A program made the translations under genes and the position numbers. Below the pieces are notes generated by a model. It searched no databases. It was not told the origin of the DNA and saw only the letters and a program-made list of their open reading frames with translations. Shown piece after piece: positions 28,453 to 38,360 of a DNA stretch of 64,000 nucleotides. How positions within the stretch are numbered: the first letter of the stretch is position 1; the number at the start of each line of letters is the position of its first letter. The stretch is from Candidatus Krumholzibacteriota bacterium (GTDB lineage Bacteria > Krumholzibacteriota > Krumholzibacteriia > JAJRXK01), in NCBI GenBank assembly GCA_024276305.1, contig JAJRXK010000108.1:8172-72171 (forward strand), read 5' to 3'.

Positions 28453-29868
28453 ATGCTCTTCACTCGACTCGAATTCTTCGGGCTCCTGGCCTTCACCCTC
28501 GTCTTCTTGTACCGGGTCGGGTCGGCCCGCCTGCGAAAGCTCTACCTCCTCGCCGCCAGCTACTACTTCTACGCCTTCTGGGATTGGCGATTCTTGGCTC
28601 TGCTGATGGCTTCCACCCTCTGCGATTTCGGAGTGGGTCGCGCCCTCTCTCGCTGCGACCGGTCTCGGGTGCGGCGGGCCTGGTTGACCCTCAGTCTGGT
28701 CGCGAACCTGGGCATCCTGGGTTTCTACAAGTACTTCGACTTCTTCGTGGTCGAGCTTTCGCGCCTGACCGGCGGGTGGGATCCGGGCTCTCACCTCCTG
28801 GGACTCGTGTTGCCGATCGGCATTTCCTTCTACACCTTCCAAACCCTCAGCTACACCATCGATGTGTATCGAGGGCGATTGCAACCCACGTCCTCCTTCA
28901 CGGATTTTGCACTCTACGTGGCGTTCTTTCCCCAGCTCGTCGCCGGACCGATCGTGCGTGCGCGGGAGTTGCTGCCTCAACTCGCCGAGAATCGTCACCC
29001 CTCCCGTGATCGCCTCTTCGCCGGGGCGCAGACTTTCGTGTTCGGATTCTTCAAGAAGGTCTTCATCGCCGATCGGGTGGCGGTATTCGTCGACGGAGTC
29101 TTCGCCGACGCGGGAGCCTTCGACGCGGTGACCACCTGGCTCGCGGTCCTCGCCTATGCGGTACAGATCTACTGCGATTTCTCCGGCTACTCGGACATGG
29201 CGATCGGGACCGCTCGGATGCTCGGCTACGACTTCGCCGAGAACTTCCGTCACCCCTACCTCGCACGGAGCCTGTCCGAGTTCTGGCGCCGGTGGCACAT
29301 CTCTCTCTCCACGTGGTTGCGCGACTATCTCTACCTTCCCCTGGGGGGCAGTCGCGGGGGTCGCCTCTTCACCTTTCGGAATCTGGGAATCACCATGGTG
29401 TTGGGAGGACTGTGGCACGGGGCGGCTCTGCACTTCATGGCCTGGGGCGTGTGGCACGGGGTGGCTCTCGCGGTCGAACGTGCGGTCGCACCGCGACTCC
29501 TCGGGGGGGCTTCGATGTCGCGACGAATTCCACCCCGGCTGATCTCGGTCGCGAGTTGGGGAGTGACGACTCTGGTGGTGGTCGTGGGGTGGGTCTTCTT
29601 CCGCGCGACGGATTTTCCCGCCGCGGGACGCCTTCTCTCGGCCATGGTCGGCCACAGTGGGGGTGGGTTGCGATGGATTCATCCCTTCGCGGCCGCCGCG
29701 CTTCTGATGGTGGCGATGTGGCACCTGTGGTGGGCGATGGGTCCCGAGCGCTGGCGTCCTCCCCTGGCGCAGAATTGGGCGACCGCGCTATGGCTCTGCT
29801 TCTTGGTGGGTCTGTGCTTCGCCTATCCTCCTCGAGATCCCAATCCCTTCCTCTATTTTCAGTTCTAG
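28453..29868 (+). CDS. MBOAT O-acyltransferase (AlgI/PatA/DltB-like)
   Basis: LPIGISFYTFQ, FFPQLVAGPI, DFSGYSDMAIG, FWRRWHISLS, GLWHGA, terminal FLYFQF. Confidence 0.95.
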   Translation: MLFTRLEFFGLLAFTLVFLYRVGSARLRKLYLLAASYYFYAFWDWRFLALLMASTLCDFGVGRALSRCDRSRVRRAWLTLSLVANLGILGFYKYFDFFVVELSRLTGGWDPGSHLLGLVLPIGISFYTFQTLSYTIDVYRGRLQPTSSFTDFALYVAFFPQLVAGPIVRARELLPQLAENRHPSRDRLFAGAQTFVFGFFKKVFIADRVAVFVDGVFADAGAFDAVTTWLAVLAYAVQIYCDFSGYSDMAIGTARMLGYDFAENFRHPYLARSLSEFWRRWHISLSTWLRDYLYLPLGGSRGGRLFTFRNLGITMVLGGLWHGAALHFMAWGVWHGVALAVERAVAPRLLGGASMSRRIPPRLISVASWGVTTLVVVVGWVFFRATDFPAAGRLLSAMVGHSGGGLRWIHPFAAAALLMVAMWHLWWAMGPERWRPPLAQNWATALWLCFLVGLCFAYPPRDPNPFLYFQF

Positions 29869-29986
29869 GTGCCGAATTCCCGGCGAGACTCTACACTGAG
29901 GAATCGACTGGTGGATTCGCAGCGGGCGATGATGACCGGCGCAGGCCCCAGGATCGTGGCCTGGGCCAAGAGGTGAATGAGAGTCC

Positions 29987-30649
29987 ATGTCCTCCGAAAA
30001 GGACCCGACACACTCGGACGGGGTGGTCGTACCAGGGAATGGAGGTTCCGCGCCGCAGGCGGCGAGGAGCTCCGCGTCGGAGTTGGCCCCGCCCAGCCGC
30101 GAGGAACTGCTCCGGGTACGAGACCGCGAAGAGGCTGCCCTCGGTCGATTCTTCGATCGCTACTTCTCGCACGTCTACGGCTTGGTCCGTCGACTCCTGC
30201 GCGATGAGACGCTCGCCGAAGATGCCACCCAGGAAGTCTTCCTCAAGGTCCACCGAGCCATCGACCGCCTGGATCCCGAGAGAGATCCTGCGCCCTGGTT
30301 GACCACGATTGCCTACAACGTGTGTCGTGATCGCTGGCGCTCGTCGGCCGACAAGATGGATCGGCAGTCCTCGTCCATCGAGGACCAGCCCGGACTCTCC
30401 AATCGTCTCGGGGACAGCCGGTCGACTCCGGAAGAGGACGCGTTGGCCCACGAGCGGCAGCGATTGGTCCAAGAGGCCATCTCGCGCCTGCCCGAGCCCC
30501 AGCGCGAAGTGGTGGTGTTGCATGACTACGAGGGAATGACCCACGACGAGATCGCGCAGATGGTGGGGGCGAGCCACGCGGCGATCCGCAAACGATACTC
30601 GCGCGCGTTGAACGCGCTGGCCGACCTCCTGAAGGAAACGCTGGGATGA
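29987..30649 (+). CDS. ECF RNA polymerase sigma factor
   Basis: AEDATQEVFLKV, WLTTIAYN..RD, LPEPQREVVVL..EGMTHDEIA. Confidence 0.93.
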   Translation: MSSEKDPTHSDGVVVPGNGGSAPQAARSSASELAPPSREELLRVRDREEAALGRFFDRYFSHVYGLVRRLLRDETLAEDATQEVFLKVHRAIDRLDPERDPAPWLTTIAYNVCRDRWRSSADKMDRQSSSIEDQPGLSNRLGDSRSTPEEDALAHERQRLVQEAISRLPEPQREVVVLHDYEGMTHDEIAQMVGASHAAIRKRYSRALNALADLLKETLG

Positions 30650-31503
30650 GCTCACAAGATCCGATCCGCAACGACCCCGACTCTGCGTTGAGCCCAGCGC
30701 AGCTTCGGGTGCAGGCGCTTCTGCGGTCTACCGAGGCACCGGCGGCGCGCGAAGATTTCCGCATTCGACTTCGCCAACGTTTTTCGAGTGGAGACTTCGA
30801 GGTCGGGGAGGATCTCCGATCGTCCGGCGCAGCTCGGCCTTCCCCGGCTCCTCGGAGTCGGTGGAAACTGCGATACGGGGTGCCCCTGGCGGCTGCGGCA
30901 GCCGTGGTCCTCATGTTCTCCCTCTGGAATCCAGGGACGACCTGGGAGGTCATGAGCGTGGCCGCGAATACCGCGCACGTGAACCTCGACGGAGAAGAAT
31001 TCTCCTGCGACGACCTCAGCCTCATTCAGGCGGCTCTGCATCCAGGCTGCAAGATCGAGGTTCCCGAAGGTGGGCAGATAGAGATCCTCGATCAGGGGAA
31101 ACTCGTCCTCCAGCTCAATGGCTCGGTGGCGGTCACCCTTCCTTCGCTTCCGTTTCGCTGGTTCGGGAGCACCCTCGAGTCGGTCTTCACCGGGCGGGGC
31201 ACTCTGCGGGTGGCGACCGCGGAGCAATTCGCCGGGACCCGCTATCGTCTGCGGTCGGCGGGAGTCGATCTCGAGGTCACGGGAACGACCTTCGCGGTGA
31301 TCCAGACCGAAGACGAGACCTGCATTTGTGTCCTCGATGGTGAAGTCGTGGCGACCCTGCCGGACGGATCCAAACGCTCCGTCTCCGGCGGGCGGCGCCT
31401 GACCATCCGGCGTGCCAGCGGACAGATCGAGGAGGGCGAGATGCATCCGGAGGAGCGGAGCCAGCTCCGCGAGCTGCGAATGCGGACGGACCACATCAGC
31501 TGA
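30646..31503 (+). CDS. Putative anti-sigma factor with FecR-like periplasmic domain
   Basis: ATGA overlap with the sigma gene, single TM (LAAAAAVVL), VTGTTFAV..VLDGEV. Confidence 0.8.
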   Translation: MSSQDPIRNDPDSALSPAQLRVQALLRSTEAPAAREDFRIRLRQRFSSGDFEVGEDLRSSGAARPSPAPRSRWKLRYGVPLAAAAAVVLMFSLWNPGTTWEVMSVAANTAHVNLDGEEFSCDDLSLIQAALHPGCKIEVPEGGQIEILDQGKLVLQLNGSVAVTLPSLPFRWFGSTLESVFTGRGTLRVATAEQFAGTRYRLRSAGVDLEVTGTTFAVIQTEDETCICVLDGEVVATLPDGSKRSVSGGRRLTIRRASGQIEEGEMHPEERSQLRELRMRTDHIS

Positions 31504-32266
31504 GGCGGGCCTGGGTCGAATCGGGACGGCGGGCGATCAGCACCAGGCGGGAGCTTCCCACTCCGAAGTCCTCGAGTTCCATGCTCCCGTAGGATTCGAA
31601 GTCGCCGAATCCGATCTCCGAGAGCATGGACTCCAACTCCCGGTAGGAATAGATGCGGATGGAGCTTTCGACTTGGTCGAAGCAGTCCGGTCCCGCGAAG
31701 GTCCACATGCTCAGGACCCGTGAACTCACCGGGTCGAATTGGCGCTCCTCGGCCACCACGATCTCTCCGGCCGGATACCACTGCCGCTCTTCGAATTCGG
31801 GAAGCAGGGTCTCCAGGCACTGGGTGTCCACGACCAGGCTTCCCCCGGGCCGCAGCGCCTCGAAGATCCGCGAGAAGTAGCGGCGATCTTCGTCCTCTCC
31901 CGCGTAGCCGATGCTCGACCAGATCGAGAAGGCCGCATCGAAGGGACCCGAGAGCTGGAGGTCCCACATGTCGCCCTGCCGGTAGTCGATGGTCAGGCCC
32001 CGGGCCGCGGCTCGTTGCCGGGCGAATTCCAGGAAGTCCGCACTGCGGTCCACGCCGGTGATCGAATGCCCCCACTGGGCAAAGTGCTCGGTGATCCGTC
32101 CCTCGCCGCAGGGCACGTCGAGGAGGCGGGATCCGCTCTCGAGCTGGAGCATCTCTCTCAAGGCCTCCGCGCTGCGGCGGCTTTGGTCGGCGGAGAAGGA
32201 CTGTGGCTGGACCTGGCGCCAGGCACTGGCGAAGAAGCGCTCGTGCCAGGGGCTCTCTTCGAACAT
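31496..32266 (-). CDS. Class I SAM-dependent methyltransferase
   Basis: LLDVPCGEGR, GVDRS, GDM, LRPGG. Confidence 0.92.
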   Translation of the reverse strand: MFEESPWHERFFASAWRQVQPQSFSADQSRRSAEALREMLQLESGSRLLDVPCGEGRITEHFAQWGHSITGVDRSADFLEFARQRAAARGLTIDYRQGDMWDLQLSGPFDAAFSIWSSIGYAGEDEDRRYFSRIFEALRPGGSLVVDTQCLETLLPEFEERQWYPAGEIVVAEERQFDPVSSRVLSMWTFAGPDCFDQVESSIRIYSYRELESMLSEIGFGDFESYGSMELEDFGVGSSRLVLIARRPDSTQARLS

Positions 32267-32426
32267 CGCATCCCTTTCGAGGTGGGGAATCCGGAATCTA
32301 CGCGGGACTCTGCGAGGGGCGCAGTCCGGTCCAGCTTAGGTCGATCCCGGGGCGGGGGCCACCGCACCCTTGCTTGACCCGGAGCTCGGCCTCGGGCAGG
32401 CTCGGGTCCCAAAACGGAGGTCTACC

Positions 32427-34397
32427 TTGCCCGACGCAAAGAGTGGACTCGATCCGCGAGCCTACCTTCCCCTGGCTCCGGGCGAGACCTACCCGTCCTA
32501 CGTCCCTGCCGACGAGAGCCCGCCCGAGTTCACGCTCAAGGCCATCCTCTTCGGCATCCTCTTCGGGATCGTTTTCGGAGCCGCCAACGCCTATCTCGGG
32601 TTGAGGGCGGGGCTCACCATCAGCACTTCGATTCCGGTGGCAGTGATGACCGTGGCCGCCTTCCGGGCCCTGGCCGCGGCCGGGGGAAGGTCTTCGATCC
32701 TGGAGGCCAACACTTCGCAGACCATCGGATCGGCCTCGAGTTCGGTGGCCAGCGGGATCATTTTCACGCTCCCGGCTCTCTTCCTCTGGGGCGTGGCCCC
32801 GTCCTTGGCCCAGATGACCGCACTGGCGGTGGCCGGAGGCTGTCTGGGGATCCTCTTCATGGTGCCGCTGCGCCGTTTCCTCATTCATCGGGAACACGGA
32901 CACCTGCCCTATCCCGAGGGCACCGCCTGCGCGGAGGTTCTCGTGGCCAGCGAAGAGGGCGGAGGAAAGGCACACTATGTGTTCTGGGGAATCGGCGGAG
33001 GGGCCTTCTTCAAGCTCCTCACCTCGTGGTTGCACCTGATCCCCGGCGAGTCCGTCGCCCGCATTCCCGGCCTTCGCAAGGGAGAAATCGGGACCGAGCT
33101 CTCCGCGGCCCTCTTCGGAGTGGGGTACATCCTGGGTCGCCGCGTCTCGCTCATCATGGTCGGGGGAGGGCTGCTCTCCTCCTTGGTCTTGATTCCCGGT
33201 CTCGCCATCTGGGGTGGGGAACGCGAGCTGCCTCTCTTTCCGGAGACTTCGATGCTGCTGCGGGACATGTCTCCCTCGCTCCTCTGGACTCGGTACATTC
33301 GCTACATCGGAGCCGGAGCGGTGGCCACGGCCGGACTGATCACCCTGGCGCGGAGCATCCCGCTCATGGTGGAGAGCTTCCGGAGGGGTGCCTCCCAGTT
33401 GCGGAGCTCTCTCGGGAGTGGCGAAGAGGCGGCGGTCGACCGGACCCAGACCGATCTGAGTCTGAAGACGGTGGGCATTGGGGTGCTTCTGGTGACGGCC
33501 TTTCTGGCCGTGGTTCCCTTGGCCTTCTCCGGAGTGGGGGGCATCTTTCCTCGGCTGGTGGCTTCGGTCTGCGTGGTGGTCTTCTCCTTCTTCTTCGTGA
33601 CCGTGGCTTCGCGCATCGTGGGATTGGTGGGGGTCACCTCCAACCCGACGAGCGGGATGACCATCGCCGCTCTGCTCGGAACCTCGGTGATCTTCCTCGC
33701 ATTGGGGTGGACCGATCTGCTGGGCAAGGCGACCGCCCTGACTGTGGGTTGTGTGGTGGCGATCGCGGCGTCGATCTCCGGAGACACTTCCCAGGATCTG
33801 AAGACGGGATATCTCCTGGGCGCCACGCCCCGTCGTCAGCAGATCGGCGAGTTGGTGGGGGTGCTGACCTCGGCGGTCTTCGTCTGCCTCTCGGTCATCC
33901 TCCTGGAGAAGTCCTTCGGCTTCGGCGGAGCAGATCTTCCTGCGCCGCAGGCGGCCCTCATGAAGATCGTGATCGAGGGAGTGCTCGACCAAGAGTTGCC
34001 CTGGGTCCTGGTGGGCATCGGCGCGGTGATCGCGGTGGTCTGCGAACTTCTGCGCATCCCCTCTCTGGCCTTCGCGGTGGGCGTCTATCTCCCGGTGGCG
34101 ACCATGGTCCCGGTCTTCTTCGGAGGCATGCTGCGGTGGTTTCTGGAACGCAGTGCGGCGGATGAGACCCAGGCCGGAGAGCGTCGAGAACGAGGGATTC
34201 TGCTCGGGAGTGGATTCGTGGGAGGAGAGGGCCTGCTGGGGGTCGCCATCGCGGGGGTCGCCTTCGTGCAATCGCGCAAACCCGCCGGAATCGGGACCGA
34301 TTGGCTCGGCCCGGAGTGGGTGGCGCAGCTCGTGGGCCTGGTGGCCTTCCTCGGACTGATCTATGCCTTCGCACGCTTGGCGCGGGCCGAAGAGTAG
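32427..34397 (+). CDS. OPT family oligopeptide transporter
   Basis: NAYLGLRAG, YPEGTACAEVL, SNPTSGMTI, QDLKTG, APQA; GGAGG before TTG 32427. Confidence 0.93.
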   Translation: MPDAKSGLDPRAYLPLAPGETYPSYVPADESPPEFTLKAILFGILFGIVFGAANAYLGLRAGLTISTSIPVAVMTVAAFRALAAAGGRSSILEANTSQTIGSASSSVASGIIFTLPALFLWGVAPSLAQMTALAVAGGCLGILFMVPLRRFLIHREHGHLPYPEGTACAEVLVASEEGGGKAHYVFWGIGGGAFFKLLTSWLHLIPGESVARIPGLRKGEIGTELSAALFGVGYILGRRVSLIMVGGGLLSSLVLIPGLAIWGGERELPLFPETSMLLRDMSPSLLWTRYIRYIGAGAVATAGLITLARSIPLMVESFRRGASQLRSSLGSGEEAAVDRTQTDLSLKTVGIGVLLVTAFLAVVPLAFSGVGGIFPRLVASVCVVVFSFFFVTVASRIVGLVGVTSNPTSGMTIAALLGTSVIFLALGWTDLLGKATALTVGCVVAIAASISGDTSQDLKTGYLLGATPRRQQIGELVGVLTSAVFVCLSVILLEKSFGFGGADLPAPQAALMKIVIEGVLDQELPWVLVGIGAVIAVVCELLRIPSLAFAVGVYLPVATMVPVFFGGMLRWFLERSAADETQAGERRERGILLGSGFVGGEGLLGVAIAGVAFVQSRKPAGIGTDWLGPEWVAQLVGLVAFLGLIYAFARLARAEE

Positions 34398-34415
34398 CCC
34401 GAACTCCGCCTTCGA

Positions 34416-36650
34416 TCAGCGCAGCGTCGCGCGCTGAACTTCGGTGCGGGTTCCGTCGCTCAATTCGAGTTGGACTTCGGTCAATCCGCTGCGAAGGGTC
34501 ATGTCTCCACCCCGGGCAAAGGAGAGAACTTCGCCACTGCGGGGATCGCGAACGATGATCACCGGATGCAGCGTGGGATCCCACTGGAGTCGAAGTTCGT
34601 TGTGGCCCTGGCGTTCGATCGAGTAGGGAAGGCGCCGGGCCGATCGGCCGACGTCCCGATTGCGGCTGCGTTGCAGAGCGCGGCTTCGGGGGCTCCGCGC
34701 CTCGACTTCGTAGAGAGCGGCGGCCTGGGCCGCGGTCACCGGCACCGTCCAGGCGAAGGCGCCCTCTTCGAGATTCGGGTGATCGGCGAGACGCGGGAGC
34801 TCGAAGCTCAGATCGAAGAGGGTGCGCCCCGCTTCGTCGCGGGCGTCGATCCGAAGGTCCCCTCGCCGCAGGGGCAGGTGAGGCCGCGCCTGGACCAGGA
34901 AGGCGGGTTCGAGAATCAGCTCCCCGTCGTGAACGCGGCCCCACACCAGGATACACGAGCTGGGACGGCCCGACAGCGTCTTCGATGCCGCGCCCATGAA
35001 GTCGAGAATCCGAGTGTAGGTGTAGTCCGAGATCCACTGCGGATTGCAGTAGCCCATGATGTCGGTGTAGGAAGCGGGATCCTTGATCGCGGGGATCGTC
35101 AGGTCGATGCCGCGGACTCCGATGGAGGCGCCGGAGTAGGGATAGTTGGGATCGGGATTCGCGGGTCCTCCGCAGGGAGAATGGGGTCGGCCCAAGTTGT
35201 GCCCGATCTCGTGCGCAGCCACTCCGGCCCGTGAATTGGATCGGTCCCATCCCATGGCCACATTGTAGCCCTGACTCTTGGAGAAGGGCACGTAGCCCAG
35301 TCCGGCGACACCAGAGGTGTAGGTGGTCTTCACCACTCCGAAGTAGTAGCGGCTGCTGACGTCCGTCGTATTTCGCAGAGCCAGGAGTTCCTGAAGGATC
35401 TGAGTCCAGGCGCCGTTGCCGTCGTTCGATTCGAGCGGAGGGGCGGCGGTGGTGTAGGTGGTGCGCAGATCCACGTCGATGCTGGGGAAGGGGAGGAGTT
35501 TCGTGGCCAGCGCCACGTAGTCTCCCTTGTTGGCCAGGGTCGCATCTCCGCTGAGTCCGTTCGCAGATTGGAGCACGGGGACCAGACGCACCTGAAGGGG
35601 GGTGCGCGAGACGACATTCACCGGTCGCGTCGATCCATCGATGGGATAGCGGTTGTTGGTCTCGAAGCCCTCGAGCACAGTGTTCTGGGGATCGATTTCG
35701 AAGCGCACTTCGAGGTTGGGCTGGATCAGTCCGGCGGGCACCACCGTATTCCAGCTGCTGCTCAGGTCCAGAGGAGTGGGGGCGGTGGGGGTGCTGATGC
35801 CGCTGCGGGAGAGGGTCTCGCTCTGCTGGAATTGACCGTTGATGAAGTAATCCACGCGGATGTCCGGGACTTCGGCATTCACTTCGTTGGCCACTCCGAA
35901 GACTCGGAGGAAGGCATCCCGATCCCGGATCAGGGGAACGTTGAGGCTGTCGTTCTGGGTGACCTGGGAGATCTCGTAGCCGGAGATGTAGAGGTCGAGA
36001 CTGGCCCCGGTCCGCTGCCCGTAAGCGATGTAGGATCCTCCCATCCCTCCGGCGACGATGTCGAAGTTCTCCACCGCGGGGAAGGGCGCGTACTCGACCC
36101 CACCGTCGCTGATCACCGCCGCGGTCACCACATAGGTTCCGGGGGTGAGACTCCTCAAGGTGTCGGACTGGGTCACGGACTGCGAGTAGGAGCCCGGTCC
36201 GGTCACCAGCACCGAGGCCGAGGCTCCCGCGGGAACTCCGCTCAGGGAGATGAGCAGGCTGCCCTTGGTGATCGCTCCGGTGTAGTTCACGCTGGCCGGG
36301 CGAGGGTCGCCGGTGCCGATCATGAGGTTCTGGGTGGGAGTGTTCGGCGTGTACTCCCAATCTCCGGAACTCACCACCGAACTCGTCAGGTTGTAGGAGC
36401 CGGGCGCGAGGTCGGTCATGACTTCACTCGTGCTCACGTGGTGGGAGTATCCCCCCGGCCCGGTCACCAGGATGTCGGCATTCACCCCACTGGGTAGCCC
36501 TTGCACGCTCAAGTCCAGACCTCCGGTGGTGGGAGGAGCCGGTGCGGTGTTCTGGGAACTCTTGGAGCAGGCTCCCAAGCCCAGGGCCAGGACCGTGAGG
36601 GCGCAGATCTCGAGTCGGGAGCGGAGGCGACCGCAAGACAGGGAAGGCAT
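34416..36650 (-). CDS. Lipoprotein zinc metallopeptidase (M66-like) with two N-terminal Ig-like repeats
   Basis: LGAC lipobox; HEIGHNLGRPHSPCG zinc motif and DIMGYC Met-turn; duplicated GLP.G..A..LVTGPG.YS..L.PG.Y unit. Confidence 0.85.
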   Translation of the reverse strand: MPSLSCGRLRSRLEICALTVLALGLGACSKSSQNTAPAPPTTGGLDLSVQGLPSGVNADILVTGPGGYSHHVSTSEVMTDLAPGSYNLTSSVVSSGDWEYTPNTPTQNLMIGTGDPRPASVNYTGAITKGSLLISLSGVPAGASASVLVTGPGSYSQSVTQSDTLRSLTPGTYVVTAAVISDGGVEYAPFPAVENFDIVAGGMGGSYIAYGQRTGASLDLYISGYEISQVTQNDSLNVPLIRDRDAFLRVFGVANEVNAEVPDIRVDYFINGQFQQSETLSRSGISTPTAPTPLDLSSSWNTVVPAGLIQPNLEVRFEIDPQNTVLEGFETNNRYPIDGSTRPVNVVSRTPLQVRLVPVLQSANGLSGDATLANKGDYVALATKLLPFPSIDVDLRTTYTTAAPPLESNDGNGAWTQILQELLALRNTTDVSSRYYFGVVKTTYTSGVAGLGYVPFSKSQGYNVAMGWDRSNSRAGVAAHEIGHNLGRPHSPCGGPANPDPNYPYSGASIGVRGIDLTIPAIKDPASYTDIMGYCNPQWISDYTYTRILDFMGAASKTLSGRPSSCILVWGRVHDGELILEPAFLVQARPHLPLRRGDLRIDARDEAGRTLFDLSFELPRLADHPNLEEGAFAWTVPVTAAQAAALYEVEARSPRSRALQRSRNRDVGRSARRLPYSIERQGHNELRLQWDPTLHPVIIVRDPRSGEVLSFARGGDMTLRSGLTEVQLELSDGTRTEVQRATLR

Positions 36651-36831
36651 GACAGAACTCCGGTGCGGGGTCGAGGGGGTGGACTTCCCGCGGCCCTTGC
36701 AACCGGAGTTCCCGCAGCTTCCCCCTCCTGTTGGGGGCGCGACCTTCCCTCTGAGGGCGCAAAGGTCCTCGGGCGGGGTCAGAGTCTTTGCGAATGGAGT
36801 CAGGCGTCTTGCAAAGTGGGAGGGGGGCAGA

Positions 36832-38121
36832 TCAGAGAAGGCGCCTCGGCAGTACCACCAGATTGGCCAGGAAGAGTCCACTCACCAGCCCCACCGCGAT
36901 CAGAGCCACCGCGGAAGCGGTCTCGACCCCGGTCAGAACGTCGTTGGTCAGAAGGGATTGAAGACTGGCCAAGCCCAAGCTCCCCGGCACCAGAGGCAGG
37001 AGTCCCGGGACCAGGGGAATGGCGGTGGGGACGTCCTGCCACCGGGCCAGGCCGTTGCTGCACACTCCCAGGACCAGCGCCCCGAGGGCGGCCCCGAGCT
37101 CGGGCCCCAGCCACGAGCTCCCGAGTCGAGTTCCCAAGTAGCTCACGACCAGGACCGGAAGGATCAGTCCCAGGTCCCGCCACCGAGCCTGGAAGAGCAT
37201 GACCAAGGAGATGGCCATGGGCACCACCGCCAGGGGCAGGGTCCAATCCGGCAGGGCCACCGGGGGGTGCGGGATGGGCGGCCCGACCAGGAGTGCGGCC
37301 AGCCGGGCTCCGAGAGCCACCCCGAAGCCGAGTTGGAGGAAGGTCACCATCGAACTCGAGAGGCGCGCGGTGCCGCTGACCACGTGACCACTCGCCAATT
37401 CGTTCATGGCCACGGTCATGGAGAGCCCGGGCACGAGGACGATGAGGCTCGAGAGGACCACGATGGGAGAGTAGAGGTCGAAGAGACCGGCTCCCGCGGC
37501 CGAGGCCCCCGACGCCACCAGGCCCGCCACCGCAGGGAGCAACTGTCGGACTCGCGGATTGGGTCCGGTCAGCACCGCGAGAAATCCGACCGCCAGGCCC
37601 AGGGCGGCCGAGGCCACGATCTCGTGAGTGCCACCGTCGAAGATTCGGGCCACCGAGGCCGAGGAGAGGGCGAAGCCCAGGATGACCGCCGGTCCGGGAA
37701 AGCGCGACGGGGCCTCGACCACCGCTTCGACTCGGTCTCGCGCGGTGGCCGCGGGCATGCGTCCTTCGACCACTTCCTTGATCACCGAGTGGAGCTCGGC
37801 CAGCTTGCCCAGGTCGCTCTCCCCCGCATCCACCCGCAGCAGGCGGGTGCGTTGGCGGTCGAGGTCGCCGAAGGAGGCCAGAATCGAGGTGGGAGAGATC
37901 AGGAACTTGGCTTCGACCCCCAGGAGCTCCGCGATCGAAGAGAGAGCTTCTTCGAGGCGGTGCGCGGGAGTGCCGTAGACGTGGAGGCCCCGGGCGAGAC
38001 GCAAGAGGAAGGCTTCGGCCGCTTCGTGGTCGACTTCGGCGATCCGGGGAGTGACCGATGAATCGGAGCGGGGCGCCCACAGCCGCCCCGGTCGCAGAGA
38101 ATGTCGCCAGAGTGCCTTCAT
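36832..38121 (-). CDS. Threonine/serine exporter (ThrE family)
   Basis: LHVYGTPAHRLEE, LVPGLSMT.A..ELA..H..SG.AR, many TM segments; start uncertain. Confidence 0.88.
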   Translation of the reverse strand: MKALWRHSLRPGRLWAPRSDSSVTPRIAEVDHEAAEAFLLRLARGLHVYGTPAHRLEEALSSIAELLGVEAKFLISPTSILASFGDLDRQRTRLLRVDAGESDLGKLAELHSVIKEVVEGRMPAATARDRVEAVVEAPSRFPGPAVILGFALSSASVARIFDGGTHEIVASAALGLAVGFLAVLTGPNPRVRQLLPAVAGLVASGASAAGAGLFDLYSPIVVLSSLIVLVPGLSMTVAMNELASGHVVSGTARLSSSMVTFLQLGFGVALGARLAALLVGPPIPHPPVALPDWTLPLAVVPMAISLVMLFQARWRDLGLILPVLVVSYLGTRLGSSWLGPELGAALGALVLGVCSNGLARWQDVPTAIPLVPGLLPLVPGSLGLASLQSLLTNDVLTGVETASAVALIAVGLVSGLFLANLVVLPRRLL

Positions 38122-38360
38122 CGCAGCAACCGAAGTCGAGAGTCGGAGAGGAGTCGCGCGGCGGAGTGGCCGGAGGTCGAGAGCGGAGTCCGAGGACCGG
38201 TCTGCGACCAAGACTAGTGGCGCGGATTGCGATCCGCACGGGATCTTTGGGAAGCGGAGTGGTAGGGTAGGTGCTGAGCGCGACCAGTCGTGGCGCGCCC
38301 AGCGAGCCTTCCGCCGGTGCCACCTCTCGGGCACCCGCGACGGGATGGGGGTTGAGGTCG

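Noticed and set aside
36651-36831. Possible c-di-GMP-I riboswitch (GGCGCAAAG) upstream of the metallopeptidase
   Set aside because: The motif is on the wrong strand for that gene, and the GGCAAA/GAAA tetraloop elements are not evident.
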